From Candidatus Methylomirabilota bacterium (GTDB lineage Bacteria; Methylomirabilota; Methylomirabilia; Rokubacteriales; CSP1-6), in the NCBI GenBank assembly GCA_036506275.1, contig DASXSB010000054.1, forward strand, positions 32,840-96,839: a DNA stretch of 64,000 nt, read 5' to 3'. The translations under genes and the position numbers were made by a program. Position 1 is the first letter of the stretch. Each line of letters begins with the position of its first letter. The notes beneath the pieces are model-generated. The model made no database searches and was not told the origin of the DNA. It worked only from the letters and a program-made list of their open reading frames with translations. Shown here piece after piece: positions 1 to 11,000 of the stretch.

Positions 1-480
1 TTCGATCACTCGCTGTCGAACACCCACACCACCGCCATGTCGTGTTCCGGCGTCGAATAGACCATGACGGTGCTATCGGGATTGTCCGTGTTGGCGGAAC
101 CGATGACCACGGAGGCCGGGGTCTGGAAGACGTTACCGAACTGCCAGAAGGTCAGGGTCGCGAGGAGGGCCGCCGCGGCGAGGCCGCCGAACGCCAGGCG
201 CGGGTGCCACCGCCACGCCCGGGTGGGAGTGGCCGCGCGGGTCGCGACACGACGATCCTCGACCCCGCGCACGATCCCTTGCCAGAAGCCCGTCCAGTCG
301 GGGTCGGAAGGCTGGGGCATGGTCCGCACGAGGCTGCGAACCCGCTCCAGCTCGCCGAGCTCGCGGCGGCACCGCGCGCAGCCCTCGACGTGTACGGCGG
401 TCGTGCGGGCGGCCGGCTCCGGGAGTGCCCGATCGAGGTAGGCGCTGATGTGTCGTCGCGTGCGGTAACAGGTCAACACG
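1..480 (-). CDS. Putative anti-sigma factor (zf-HC2 type), partial. It has an N-terminal H-x3-C-x2-C zinc motif, one TM helix and an extracytoplasmic C-terminus that runs off the window start.
   Basis: Minus-strand ORF 6..758. Motif HVEGCARCRRELGEL is followed by the hydrophobic segment LAFGGLAAAALLATLTFW. Candidate GTG/TTG starts lie at 478-480 or 475-477. The ORF has no stop inside the window. Confidence 0.5.
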
Positions 481-524
481 TCGGTTGGACGTCCGGGAGA
501 CCCGCCGCTATTCTCATCCCGGAC

Positions 525-1184
525 ATGATAGCCCAACGCGGGGTGAGGTTTACCACCGGGGACGGCGAGACGCTGGAAGGCGAGGTCGCCCTCCCCCCGC
601 GCGCCGCGGTCGGCCTGGTCGTCTGCCATCCCCACCCCCTGTACGGGGGCGACATGGACAGCCACGTCGTGCGGTGCGTAGCCGACGTCGCCGTCGCCTC
701 CGGCTTGGCTTCCCTTCGCTTCAACTTTCGGGGCGTCGGCGGCTCTACCGGAAAGCACGGCGGCGGCATCCCCGAGGAACGCGACGTCGAGGCCGCGCTC
801 GTGTATCTCGGCACGCTCCTGGCGCCGCCGGCAGCCCTCGCCCTCGCCGGATACTCCTTCGGCGCCGCCGTCGCCGCCCGCGTGGCGGCCCGGCGTGACG
901 ATTTGTGCGGGATCGCGCTCATCGCGCCTCCGCTAGCGGCCGCACCGTGGGCGTTCCCCGCGCCGCGCGCGCCTCTGCTCCTGGTGGCGGGCGCGCGCGA
1001 CCCCTACTGTCCAACAGATGCGCTCACCGTCGTTCGCACGCATGCGCCGGAGGCGGTGATCCGGGTGATCGAGGACGCCGATCACTTCTTCGCGCGATCG
1101 CTCCCGGCGCTGGCGGCGATGCTCGCGCCGTGGATGACGACGCTAGATGCGGGGGAGACGGGGCGGCGTGGCGGTACCGGCTGA
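525..1184 (+). CDS. Alpha/beta hydrolase fold protein (small esterase/peptidase-like).
   Basis: Internal ATG at 525 within ORF 42..1184. The upstream part of the ORF is Arg/Gly-rich junk. GYSFG nucleophile-elbow-like motif; HPLYGG; C-terminal DADHFF. Confidence 0.7.
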   Translation: MIAQRGVRFTTGDGETLEGEVALPPRAAVGLVVCHPHPLYGGDMDSHVVRCVADVAVASGLASLRFNFRGVGGSTGKHGGGIPEERDVEAALVYLGTLLAPPAALALAGYSFGAAVAARVAARRDDLCGIALIAPPLAAAPWAFPAPRAPLLLVAGARDPYCPTDALTVVRTHAPEAVIRVIEDADHFFARSLPALAAMLAPWMTTLDAGETGRRGGTG

Positions 1185-1748
1185 GAGGATGATCCGGATG
1201 CCCTCCTCCACGCTCAGCCGTGTCGACAGCACGTCTTCGCGCGGCACCACGACCACGTCGCCGAGGTAGAGGTTGTTGGTGGGGATGAACACCGTCACCA
1301 TCTCGCGCTTGCCGTCAGGGGTCTCGAGGATCAGCTCGCTGGTGACGAAGGCGAAGGCAAACTCGCCCTCGCGCGGGTGCTGGACGAGGACGACGGCCTT
1401 GAACGAGCTCCGGCGCTCCGGCGAGAACGCGTCGATGAGCATCTTGATGGAGGGATAGAGCCGCCGATAGACGGGAACGCGGAGGAGCAGCTTGTCCGCC
1501 CACGCGAGCACGCGGCGTCCGACGACGTTGCGGGCGGTGATGCCCATGAGGAGGATGATCACGGCCGCGGTGAGAAAACCGAGACCCGGCACGGGGCGCC
1601 CGAAGATCCGCGTGTACATCGGGTAGAAAAAGTCGTCGATGTTGCTCCAGAAGATCCACAGGAGATAGCCCGTCGCGAACACGGGCACGGTGACGAAGAA
1701 ACCGGCGATGAAGCGCGCCTTGAGCCAATTCTTCAGGCGGGACGACAT
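1143..1748 (-). CDS. DUF502 family membrane protein.
   Basis: ATG at 1746-1748. N-terminal TM segment. The conserved DUF502 layout (membrane anchor plus soluble domain) is recognisable. 201 aa. Confidence 0.8.
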   Translation of the reverse strand: MSSRLKNWLKARFIAGFFVTVPVFATGYLLWIFWSNIDDFFYPMYTRIFGRPVPGLGFLTAAVIILLMGITARNVVGRRVLAWADKLLLRVPVYRRLYPSIKMLIDAFSPERRSSFKAVVLVQHPREGEFAFAFVTSELILETPDGKREMVTVFIPTNNLYLGDVVVVPREDVLSTRLSVEEGIRIILSAGTATPPRLPRI

Positions 1749-1757
1749 CCTTCAGGC

Positions 1758-2495
1758 ATGACAGCACAGCGGTCAGAACGAGTCAAGAAACGGCCCCGCG
1801 CGCTCGTCACGGGCGGCGCCGTGCGCGTGGGCCGCGCCATCGCGCTCGCGCTCGCGCGCGCGGGGATGGACGTCGCCATTGGCTATCACCGCTCCGCGGG
1901 GGAAGCGCGGCGCACGCTGCGCGCGCTGGAGGCGGCGGGCGCGCGCGGGGTGGCCGTGCGCGCCGACCTCGCCGATGCCGCCGCCGCCCGACGTCTCGTG
2001 GCGGACGCGGCGCGTGCCCTCGGCGGTCTCGACGTGCTCGTCAACAACGCCGCCGTGTTCTTCCGGACGCCGTTCGCCTCCACCACCCCCGCTCAGTACG
2101 ATCAGCTCCTCGACGTCAACCTCCGCGGCGCCTTCTTCTGCGCGCAGGCGGCGGCGCGCCTGATGACGGGCGGCGGCCACATCGTCAACATCGCGGACGT
2201 GGGCGCCCGCAAGCGATGGCCCGGGTACATTCCCTACACGGTGTCGAAGGCGGCCCTCATCGCCTTCACGGGCGGCGTGGCCGCCGCCCTTCGATCGCAG
2301 CAAGTGGCCGTGAACTGCGTGGCGCCGGGGGCGGTGCTGCGCCCGCCCGGGATGCCGGAAGCGCGGTGGCGAGCGGTGACGCGCGGGCGCGTGAGCGCGC
2401 TCGATGACGTGACGGCGGCGGTGGTGTTCTTCGCGACCTGTCCGTCCGAGGTCACGGGACAGGTGCTGTACGTGGACGGCGGTGAAACGGGGTGA
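1758..2495 (+). CDS. SDR family NAD(P)-dependent oxidoreductase.
   Basis: TGGAVRVGRAIA Rossmann motif, NNAA, and catalytic Y-x3-K (YTVSK). Internal ATG at 1758 of ORF 1377..2495; the upstream extension is antisense to the DUF502 gene. Confidence 0.85.
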   Translation: MTAQRSERVKKRPRALVTGGAVRVGRAIALALARAGMDVAIGYHRSAGEARRTLRALEAAGARGVAVRADLADAAAARRLVADAARALGGLDVLVNNAAVFFRTPFASTTPAQYDQLLDVNLRGAFFCAQAAARLMTGGGHIVNIADVGARKRWPGYIPYTVSKAALIAFTGGVAAALRSQQVAVNCVAPGAVLRPPGMPEARWRAVTRGRVSALDDVTAAVVFFATCPSEVTGQVLYVDGGETG

Positions 2496-2524
2496 GCGCG
2501 CGGGCGCTCACCCCGGCCGGACGA

Positions 2525-2728
2525 TCATGGGACGAGGCGCGGAGTCTTCCGTGGCGGCGGTGGCGGTGTGACCATCCCGAGCGGCACGCGCGTGTCGCTT
2601 CGCTGCGAGCGCCCGCACATCATGCACTTCCACATGAGCGGGACTTCATCGCGGAGTCCGAACCGCTCGGCGTCGGCGAGATACCCTCGATCGAGCTCGA
2701 GGGTTCCACCACAGCGGCAGTGCGTCAT
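2525..2728 (-). CDS. Small zinc-ribbon protein (C-x-C ... C-x2-C), hypothetical, 67 aa.
   Basis: ATG at 2726-2728 is preceded on the minus strand by GGAGG with a 5-nt spacer. Motifs HCRCGG ... CMMCG. Sits between the convergent SDR and DAHP synthase genes. Confidence 0.4.
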   Translation of the reverse strand: MTHCRCGGTLELDRGYLADAERFGLRDEVPLMWKCMMCGRSQRSDTRVPLGMVTPPPPPRKTPRLVP

Positions 2729-2971
2729 CGATGGCCCTCCTCTGGCGCCTTCCAGAGGCAAGGCCGGTACCAAACCCGATCGCCGCGTCCAAGTGGGCGT
2801 CGTTCCTCGGGTTGATCGTAGGCTGACACACGGACGCCGCGGGGGGCGGCAGGTTTCTGACCACGGGCACTGACCAGGATTGACCGTTCGCTGCCCGCCC
2901 GCGTTCACGCGCGGGCGCGCTACATCTCGGCGTCGACGTTGCCGCGCGCGCGGCGGGCTACGCGTTCGGCG

Positions 2972-4042
2972 TCAGCGTTCGCGTGGGAGCCGGCGCCGCG
3001 CGCGCACGGCGTGCGCGAGCTCCGCGATCGCCGCCACCGTCGTCTCCCATCCCAGGCAGGAATCGGTGATCGACTGTCCGTAGCGGAGCGCGGCGGGATC
3101 GCCGAGATCCTGCCGGCCTTCGACGAGGAAGCTCTCCATCATGACGCCGAAGATGGCGGGCTCGCCGTCGGCGAGCTGCTCGGCGACGTCGTGAACCACG
3201 GCCGGCTGGCGGCGGTAATCCTTCCCGCTGTTGCCATGGCTGGTGTCGATCATCAGGCGCGCGGTGAGGCCGGCCGCCCGCAGCGCGCTCGCCGACTTCT
3301 GCACGCTCGCCGCCTCGTAGTTCGGCCCGCTCTCCCCGCCGCGCAGGATGACGTGACAGTCGGGGTTGCCGCGCGTGGCCACGATCGCGCACAACCCCTG
3401 CTCGGTGACACCGAGAAATCGGTGCGGGTGCGCGCTGGAGCGCACGGCGTCGATGGCGATCTGCACGCCGCCGTCGGTGCCGTTCTTGAAGCCGACGGGC
3501 ATGGACAGACCGGACGCGAGCTCACGGTGGACCTGGCTCTCGGTGGTACGGGCGCCGATCGCGCCCCAGCTCACGAGGTCGGACGTGTACTGCGGCGAGA
3601 TCGGATCGAGGAACTCACAGCCGGCGGGAAGCCCCAGCTCGGCGAGGTCGAGGAGCAAACGCCGCGCCCGCCGCAGGCCCTCGTTGATGGCGAAGCTTCC
3701 GTCGAGCCGGGGATCGTTGATGAGGCCCTTCCACCCCACCGTGGTGCGCGGCTTCTCGAAGTAGACGCGCATGACGAGATGAAGCTCGGCCGCGTGCTCG
3801 TCGGCGAGCGCGCGCAAGCGGCGGCCGTACTCGAGGGCGGCCACCGGATCGTGGATCGAGCACGGCCCCACGACGACGACGAGACGATCGTCCTCGCCGC
3901 TCAGGGTATGGACCACGTCACGCCGCCCTTGCGTGATGGTGAGGGCGCCCGCCTCCGTGAGCGGCAGTTCCTCGAGGAGAATCGCGGGCGGCAGCAGAGG
4001 CCGGAAACTTTCGACGCGGAGGTCGCGCGTGCGTTCGGACAT
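2972..4042 (-). CDS. 3-deoxy-7-phosphoheptulonate (DAHP) synthase, class I (AroF/G/H type).
   Basis: Start MSERTRDLRV at 4040-4042. Conserved DAHP synthase blocks are present: GPCSIHD, KPRT, GAIGARTTESQ, IDTSHGNS. 356 aa. Confidence 0.9.
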   Translation of the reverse strand: MSERTRDLRVESFRPLLPPAILLEELPLTEAGALTITQGRRDVVHTLSGEDDRLVVVVGPCSIHDPVAALEYGRRLRALADEHAAELHLVMRVYFEKPRTTVGWKGLINDPRLDGSFAINEGLRRARRLLLDLAELGLPAGCEFLDPISPQYTSDLVSWGAIGARTTESQVHRELASGLSMPVGFKNGTDGGVQIAIDAVRSSAHPHRFLGVTEQGLCAIVATRGNPDCHVILRGGESGPNYEAASVQKSASALRAAGLTARLMIDTSHGNSGKDYRRQPAVVHDVAEQLADGEPAIFGVMMESFLVEGRQDLGDPAALRYGQSITDSCLGWETTVAAIAELAHAVRARRRLPRER

Positions 4043-4109
4043 GGGGCGGAGCTTATCGTCACCCCGCCCCGCTTGTCGAGCCGGCGGGCGGACGCCGTCC
4101 TCGACGTGG

Positions 4110-4574
4110 TCAGGGCCGGATGTAAGCGTATCCCTGCTCCTGCAGCTCCATGACACGCACGACGCCGCCTTGCGGGAGCGGCTTGGCGCCCGCGGGGAGC
4201 TGCTCGAGCGTGACGCTGAAGGCCTTCATCGTGTTACCGCACGCGCCGAACGTGAGGCCGTGGCCTTGCAGTTCCTGGAGCGCCTGACGCAGCCCGGGAT
4301 CCATGCTGCTCGCCACGAACGATTTCAGCGCGGGCCCGTTCACCACCAGCTCCAGCGCTTCGATGTTCTGCCATCCGCCCACGCCGTCCACGTGGTTCTG
4401 GATGTTGCCGACAACGAAGCGCGCCTTGTCGGCGCCGGCATCGTCCAGGTGGTACACAATCTTGTGCTTCTTCGGATTCTCCTTGAGATGGCTGGCGTCG
4501 GCGGTCAGCATGGCGCCGGCGGCGACAACGAATGCGAGAGCGACGATCGAGAGCGTGCGGGCGACGTGACGCAT
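4110..4574 (-). CDS. DsrE/DsrF-like family protein with an N-terminal signal peptide.
   Basis: ATG at 4572-4574. Signal peptide ends ...AGAMLTADA. DsrE-like fold motifs YHLDD ... GACGNTMKA. Confidence 0.7.
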   Translation of the reverse strand: MRHVARTLSIVALAFVVAAGAMLTADASHLKENPKKHKIVYHLDDAGADKARFVVGNIQNHVDGVGGWQNIEALELVVNGPALKSFVASSMDPGLRQALQELQGHGLTFGACGNTMKAFSVTLEQLPAGAKPLPQGGVVRVMELQEQGYAYIRP

Positions 4575-4653
4575 GCAAGGCTCCTTTCAGGACGATCGAC
4601 GTTACCGGAGCCGACACGCCCGCGCAAGACGAACCCCGCGCGCGGCGCGGGCG

Positions 4654-5565
4654 TCAGGGACCGGCGGCGGCGCGGCGGCGCTCCTCGAGCTCCTCCAGCG
4701 TGCGCGGCCAGTCTCCCCGAAGCAGACGCGAGAGCGCGCGATCGGCGAGGAGCGTGCCGCCCGTCTGGCAGGTCGGGCAGTAGTTCGTCTCGTTATCGGC
4801 GTAGACGATCCGCTGCACGGTGGTGCCGCACACCGGACACGGCTGGCCATAGCGGCCGTGCACCGCCATCCCTTCCCGGAAGGCGGTGACGCCTTCCGGG
4901 AATTCGCCGGCCGCCTCTCGTCGCAGTCGCTCGATCCAGTGGAGGAGCGTTGCCTTCGTCGCTTCGAAGAGCCGCGCCGTCTCCGCCGCCGTGAGCTTGT
5001 GGCTGAGCTTGACGGGAGAGAGGCGGGCGCGATGAAGGATCTCGTCGGCGTACGCGTTGCCGATCCCGCTCAGGAGCCGCGGATCGGTGAGCACACGCTT
5101 CAGGGTGTGGCTCTCCCGCGCCAGGGCAGCCGTGAATCGAGCGAGATCCGCCTCGAGCACCTCGAGCCCACCGCGGTCGTGCTCGCGCAGCGCCGTCTCG
5201 CCGCGCACGGCGTGGAGCGCGGCGCGCTTGCGCGTGCCCGCCTCGGTCATGACCAGCGTGCCCGTCGAGAACTCGAAGGCGGCGAGCCCGAGCTTGCCGG
5301 GCGCCTTCGCCGGACCCTGGCGCCAGTGGAGCCGCCCCGCGATCATCAGGTGGAGCACCAGGAACAGCTCGTCCCCCAGCTCGATGACGATGCGCTTGCC
5401 GAGGCGGCGCAGTCCGGTCACGGTTCTGCCGGTGAGGGCGGCGAGCGGCGGATCGACCGAGCGCAAGACGAACGGGCTCAGCAGGCGCACGCGCTCCACG
5501 CGCGCGCCGCGGATGCGCGCGTCGAGCGCTTCGATGTACACGGTCACGTCCGGCAGCTCCGGCAT
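4654..5565 (-). CDS. Fpg/Nei family DNA glycosylase (formamidopyrimidine-DNA glycosylase / endonuclease VIII-like).
   Basis: N-terminal MPELPDV (the catalytic Pro2/Glu3 signature). H2TH region and a C-terminal C4 zinc finger (CPVCG ... CPTCQ). The start abuts the AttH stop. Confidence 0.85.
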   Translation of the reverse strand: MPELPDVTVYIEALDARIRGARVERVRLLSPFVLRSVDPPLAALTGRTVTGLRRLGKRIVIELGDELFLVLHLMIAGRLHWRQGPAKAPGKLGLAAFEFSTGTLVMTEAGTRKRAALHAVRGETALREHDRGGLEVLEADLARFTAALARESHTLKRVLTDPRLLSGIGNAYADEILHRARLSPVKLSHKLTAAETARLFEATKATLLHWIERLRREAAGEFPEGVTAFREGMAVHGRYGQPCPVCGTTVQRIVYADNETNYCPTCQTGGTLLADRALSRLLRGDWPRTLEELEERRRAAAGP

Positions 5566-6741
5566 TCAGCGGGGTCCTGGTGCGCCGGTGCGGGGGGCGC
5601 GCGACGAGGTGGCGTAGCCGACGAGCTCCACGTAGCCGTCTCCCGTCACGGGAACGGCGCCGTCGGTCCCTTCCACGCGCACCGCCCCCTCCCAATATCG
5701 CAGGGGCTCTCCGAGCTCCTGGTCGGAAAGTCGTGGCGTGAGGTCGAGCTGGAGGCGCGCGCCGTCCAGGCGCAGCCGCCAGCGGGCGGGATAGCGTGTG
5801 CCCGCCGGGCTCACCCAGGTATCGAGGACGTCGATGCCGACGTCGCGCGAGCCGAGGGGACGCGCGGAGCCATCGGCGGCGACGAGCGTGCCGCCGCTCC
5901 ACTCGTCGGCAGAGCCGTCGGCACGGCGGAGGCGATAGAACATGAGGTCCCGGCCATCGCCGAGCTGCAGGGCGAACCAGTCCCACCCCACGTTGTCGCC
6001 GAGGCCGCTCGTCGACCATTCGCGATCCATCCACGAGGCTCCCGCGACCGCGAAGCGGCGGCCGTCGATCTCGATCGTTCCCCGCGTCGGCATCCGCGTG
6101 AACGAGTAGTAGTACGACGCATTGCCGTCCTCCGCGCCCTTTCGGCTGAGGCCGTGGTCGCCCTGGAGCACGACCGGCTTGCCGGCGTCGAGGGTGAGAT
6201 CGATGGCGGCACCGCCGTCGGCGGCGCGCAGGCGCATGGGAAGACCGTTCTCGCCCGCACCCTCGACGCTCCAGTCCTCGAGCCAGACCCGGAACGGCGA
6301 TGCCTGCGCGCCCGCGAGGCCGGCGGCGCCGCGCGCGAAGCGCTGCGACGGGCGGAAGCGCCCCGCCCGCGTGTCCGTGACCGCGAAGTGCGCCATGTAG
6401 ACGTGCGTCGCGCCCCAGCGCGAGGCACGTACGACGGCCTCGGGCGTCAGCGCTATCCGGAAAAACGTGAGCTGATAGCCGAAGTGGCGGCCCTCCGGGG
6501 TGGCGACGTTGCCCGTGTAGTACCACCACTCCGTGCGATAGGCGGGGTGCGGCCCGTGATCGCGGGGGAACACGAACGTCCGGGGTGCCGTCGCCCGCGC
6601 GTAGCCCGCCGTCGTCTCCCCGCCGAGCGCTTCCGCCACCGCGATGTTCGCGGACGGCGGCGGCGAATCACTGCGCAACCACCACACCGCGCCGCCGGCG
6701 GCCAGCGCCACCCCTGCCAGCAGGAGCGCGAGGACTCTCAT
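5566..6741 (-). CDS. AttH-like lipocalin/CrtC-like domain protein; component of an AttEFGH-type ABC system.
   Basis: Signal/TM N-terminus. FPRDHGPHPAYRTEWWYYTGN is the hallmark of the AttH/hydroxyneurosporene-synthase-like family. Lies immediately downstream of the FtsX permease and the ATPase on the same strand. Confidence 0.8.
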   Translation of the reverse strand: MRVLALLLAGVALAAGGAVWWLRSDSPPPSANIAVAEALGGETTAGYARATAPRTFVFPRDHGPHPAYRTEWWYYTGNVATPEGRHFGYQLTFFRIALTPEAVVRASRWGATHVYMAHFAVTDTRAGRFRPSQRFARGAAGLAGAQASPFRVWLEDWSVEGAGENGLPMRLRAADGGAAIDLTLDAGKPVVLQGDHGLSRKGAEDGNASYYYSFTRMPTRGTIEIDGRRFAVAGASWMDREWSTSGLGDNVGWDWFALQLGDGRDLMFYRLRRADGSADEWSGGTLVAADGSARPLGSRDVGIDVLDTWVSPAGTRYPARWRLRLDGARLQLDLTPRLSDQELGEPLRYWEGAVRVEGTDGAVPVTGDGYVELVGYATSSRAPRTGAPGPR

Positions 6742-6744
6742 CGC

Positions 6745-9308
6745 TCACTCCCCACGAAGCGCCTCCGGGAGGCCGAGCCGGCTCAGTCGCCGCGCGGGGT
6801 AGAGTCCGGCAAGGACGGCGGCGCCCACGGACAGCAACACCGCCTGCGCGAGCACGCGCGCTGGCACCTCCAGCTCGAGCGTCCAGCCGAACGACCGCTG
6901 GTTGATGACGAACACGAGCACGAGCGCGAGACCGATGCCGACGGGAATGGCAAGCACGCCCGCCACCAGCCCCATGACGGCCGTCTGACCCGTCACCAGC
7001 CTCCACACCTCGCGCGGCGTGAACCCCTGCGCGCGCAGGATCGCGACCTCGCGGCTGCGCTCGAGCACGAGCGCGGTGAGCGCGCTCAGCACGCCGAGGA
7101 AGGCGACGATGGTGGCGAGATGCCGGAGCACGATGGTGACGGCGAACGTGCGGTCGAAGACGGCGAGCGATGCCGTGCGCAGCGCACGGTTGGAACGGAT
7201 CAGCACGTCCGCGTCCGCTCCCGCCCGCGCCCGCAGCGACGCCACCAGCGCCTCCACGTCGACGCCGGGCGCCGCGTAGAGGCCGAGGGACGAGATCTCG
7301 CGATCGTCCCAGAGACGGTCGTAGACGGCGCGGCTCATGAGGACCGTGCCTTCGCTGGAGCCGTAGTCGTAGTAGACGGCGGCGACCGCGAAGTCGTGCT
7401 CGCCGCGGTCGGTGCGCAAGCGCACGCGCGATCCGACGTCGAGGTGACGGCGATACGCGAACGGCTCCGAGACCACCACCGCCCCCGCCGCGAGGTCATC
7501 GCGCAGCGTGTTCGCGTTCCCCGCCTTGAGGCGGAAGCCGCGATAACCACGCGCGTCGGCGTCGAGGGCGACGAGTTGCACGGCCCCGCCCGGCGACGGC
7601 ACGCGGACGGCGCGAAGGCGATTCGCGTGCGCCACCCCCGGCGCCGACACGAGGCGCGCGGCCAGCGCGGGATCGAGCGTGGCGTCGGGGCGATTGCTCA
7701 CGAGGCTCGGGGAGGAGACGTAGACGTCGGCCTGGAGCGAGGCCTCCAGCCATCGCACCACCGTCTCGCGGAAGCTCTGGATCATGATCCCGATCCCGAC
7801 GGTGGCGGCGACGGCGATGGTGAGCGCCGCCAGCGCCACCGACGTCCGGCTGAGCGTCTGCACGACCGCGCCCGCCGCCATGCGCGCAGGCATGCCGAGC
7901 GCGCGCCCGGCCACGGCCCGGATGCCGGCGACGAGGAGGATGGTGGCGACGGGCGTGAGGAGAGCGGCGCCGAGGAGGAAGGCGAACAGCCCGGCGTACG
8001 CGGCGGGCATGCCGCCACCGGGCATCCGCAAGATTCCCCACCCGGCGCCGACGGTGACGACGCCGAGGAGGCCGAGCCGCGGCGCCGCGCGCCGCGCGCG
8101 TCGCTCGATGACGGAGCGCGCGAGCACCGCGCGCGGCGACGTGACGGTCGCCTCCAGCGCGGGCGCGATGGCGGCGACGACGGTACCGGCGATGCCGAGC
8201 GCCACCGCGCGGGCAAGGGCGCCGGGGGAAACCGCGAGGCTGCTCACGGTGATCGTCGCGTAGAGATCGTTGATGGTGCGCGCCACGAGCCGGACGAGCC
8301 CGTGGCCGAGAACGATCCCGAGACCGACGCCGAGCAGCGTGGCCACGATACCGATCGCGAGCGCCTCCCCGAGCACGAGGATGAAGACCTCGCGCCGGCC
8401 CACACCGAGCGCGCGCAACACGCCGAAGAGCTCCCGCCGCTGGACCACCGAGAACGTCATGGCGTTGTAGACGAGAAACAGTCCGACCACCAGCGCCAGC
8501 AAGCTGAGCGCCGACAGATTCACGCGGAACGCGCGCGTCAACTGCTCGACGGCGTCCGCCCGCGCCCGCGCGGAAACGACGTCGACACCCGCGGGCAGCA
8601 CGGCTCCGATGCGCGCGAGCGTTTCCCGTGCCGCCGCGCCCGGAGCCACGATGAGATCGATCCGGCTCAACCGCCCCCCCATCGATAAGAGCTCCTGCGC
8701 GGTGGCGATGTCGGTGAGGAGCAGCGACTCGAACGCCTGCGCGCTCAGCTCGTCCGCCGGCGTGAGCTCGCCCACCACCGTGAGGCGCCGATGCGCGATC
8801 CCCACGCGGATCACGAGATCGTCGCCGGCCGCGATGCGGAGCCGTCGCGCGGTGTCGCGCGCGACGAGGACGCTGTTCGGCCGCGTTAACAGGATTGCGA
8901 GCGGACGCAACCCGCCGGGCGTCTCCGGGTTACCGAGCGACCGGAAAGGCGGCTCTGCGAAGGGATCGACGCCGAGGAGGTGGAAGGCGACGCCCGGATA
9001 GGCGGGCGCGGAGACATCGCGCTCCACCACCGGGGCCGACGGTCGAACGCCCAGCTCCACCCGCAGGCGCCGGTACACGTCTTCGGGCACCCCGGAGGGC
9101 CCGCCCACGATGACGTGCGTGGCGCGGCCGGCGATGGTGTCCGCGAAGAGCGCGAAGGCGTCGCGGGCGGTGGTGTTGGCGAGATCGACTGCGAGCACGA
9201 CCGCGACGCCGAGCGCGATGCCGAGCACGGAAAGTCCGACCTGCCACGGATGGAGCGTGAGCGAGCGCAGACTGGCGCGCCGGAGGATCGACGGCCGGAG
9301 AAAGGACG

Positions 9309-9312
<4 letters not shown>
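6745..9312 (-). CDS. ABC transporter permease with two FtsX-like domains (YbbP/AttFG-like), 855 aa.
   Basis: Multiple TM blocks flank two large periplasmic loops. Its start overlaps the ATPase stop by 4 bp (ATGA). Confidence 0.9.
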
Positions 9313-9992
<680 letters not shown>

Positions 9993-10103
9993 TCATGAGA
10001 GTGTGCCAGCTTCCGGCAGCGGCCGCTCGCCCTTGCCGCGCCGGGACGCTGACGGCGCCCGGGATTTCCGCTATGGTCCGGGGCGGGGGGCGGTCCCGAG
10101 CGA

Positions 10104-10613
10104 ATGGCCGCGGGAGGTCGCGTGATCTTCGACGAGTTTCGTACCGTCGTGCGTCCGGAGTGGATCGATCACAACCGTCACATGAACATGGGCTATTACC
10201 TCGTCGTCTTCGATTACGCCACCGACGCGTTCCTGTCCGCGGTGGGACTCGACGACACCCATCGCCGCGTGGCGCAGGTGACGACGTTCTGCCTGGAAGC
10301 GCACATCACCTATCACCGCGAGGTGGGAGCGGGCGACCCTTTGCGGTTCACGACCCTCCTCGTCGCCCACGACGAAAAGCGGATCCACTACTTTCACGCG
10401 ATGTACCACGCCCATGACGGGTACCTGACCGCCACCAACGAGCTCATGTCGCTGCACGTGAGCGAGCGCACGCGTCGGGGCGCGCCGATGTCCCGCGACA
10501 TCCTGGAACGGCTCGCGGTGATGCAGGCCGATCACGACACGTTGCCGCGCCCGCCCCAGCTCGGGCGTGTCATCGGCCTCGCGGCGCCGCCCTCCACCAG
10601 GACGCGAACGTGA
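10104..10613 (+). CDS. Acyl-CoA thioesterase (hotdog fold, 4HBT-like).
   Basis: EWIDHNRHMNMGYYLVVFDYATDAF matches thioesterase superfamily N-terminal blocks. An alternative GTG start at 10122 is preceded by GGGAGG. Confidence 0.8.
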   Translation: MAAGGRVIFDEFRTVVRPEWIDHNRHMNMGYYLVVFDYATDAFLSAVGLDDTHRRVAQVTTFCLEAHITYHREVGAGDPLRFTTLLVAHDEKRIHYFHAMYHAHDGYLTATNELMSLHVSERTRRGAPMSRDILERLAVMQADHDTLPRPPQLGRVIGLAAPPSTRTRT

Positions 10614-10700
10614 GCACGGCCGAGCGACGTCTTTTCCGTTGCCGCGTCACGAATCGCGGCCTAGACTTCGTGCGTACGCAACCCGTCTCAAGGAGGCAGC

Positions 10701-10952
10701 ATGATGGTGAAGGTGCTGGGTCTCGCGCTGGTGGCATTGCTGGCCATTGCGCCCGTCGCGATGGCGGCAGAGATCGAGGGCAAGATCAAGACCATCGATA
10801 CCTCCGACCGCACGATCGTGCTCGACGACGGCACGAAGGTCTCGGTGGCCGACGGCGTGTCGATGGACACGCTCAAGGAGGGCACGGATGTGAAAGTGTC
10901 CTACGAGGAGCGTGACGGCAAGAACGTCGCCACCAGCGTCGAAGTGAGGTAG
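10701..10952 (+). CDS. Small secreted protein, DUF1344-like.
   Basis: AGGAGG sits 4-7 nt upstream. Signal peptide ends ...PVAMAAE. Repeated ...DGTKVSVADGVS.../...GTDVKVSYEERDGK... beta-hairpin motifs typical of DUF1344. Confidence 0.7.
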   Translation: MMVKVLGLALVALLAIAPVAMAAEIEGKIKTIDTSDRTIVLDDGTKVSVADGVSMDTLKEGTDVKVSYEERDGKNVATSVEVR

Positions 10953-10956
10953 CGCC

Positions 10957-10996
10957 CCACCGCACGGTGGCCATGCCGCCGCGGCGCGGCATGGCC
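10957..10996. terminator. Two consecutive GC-rich hairpins (ccaccgcacggtgg, then ggccatgccgc-loop-gcggcatggcc) between convergent genes; candidate bidirectional terminator.
   Basis: Perfect inverted repeats were read directly from the sequence between the DUF1344 stop (10952) and the protease stop (11001). Confidence 0.45.
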
Positions 10997-11000
10997 GCCG

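Noticed and set aside
4573-8688. Giant 1371-aa plus-strand ORF, with further long ORFs at 4793-6529 and 5811-6428.
   Set aside because: It is antisense or out of frame relative to well-supported genes (fpg, AttH, FtsX permease). Its translation is Arg/Ala/Gly-rich low-complexity sequence, as expected for stop-poor frames in 70% GC DNA.
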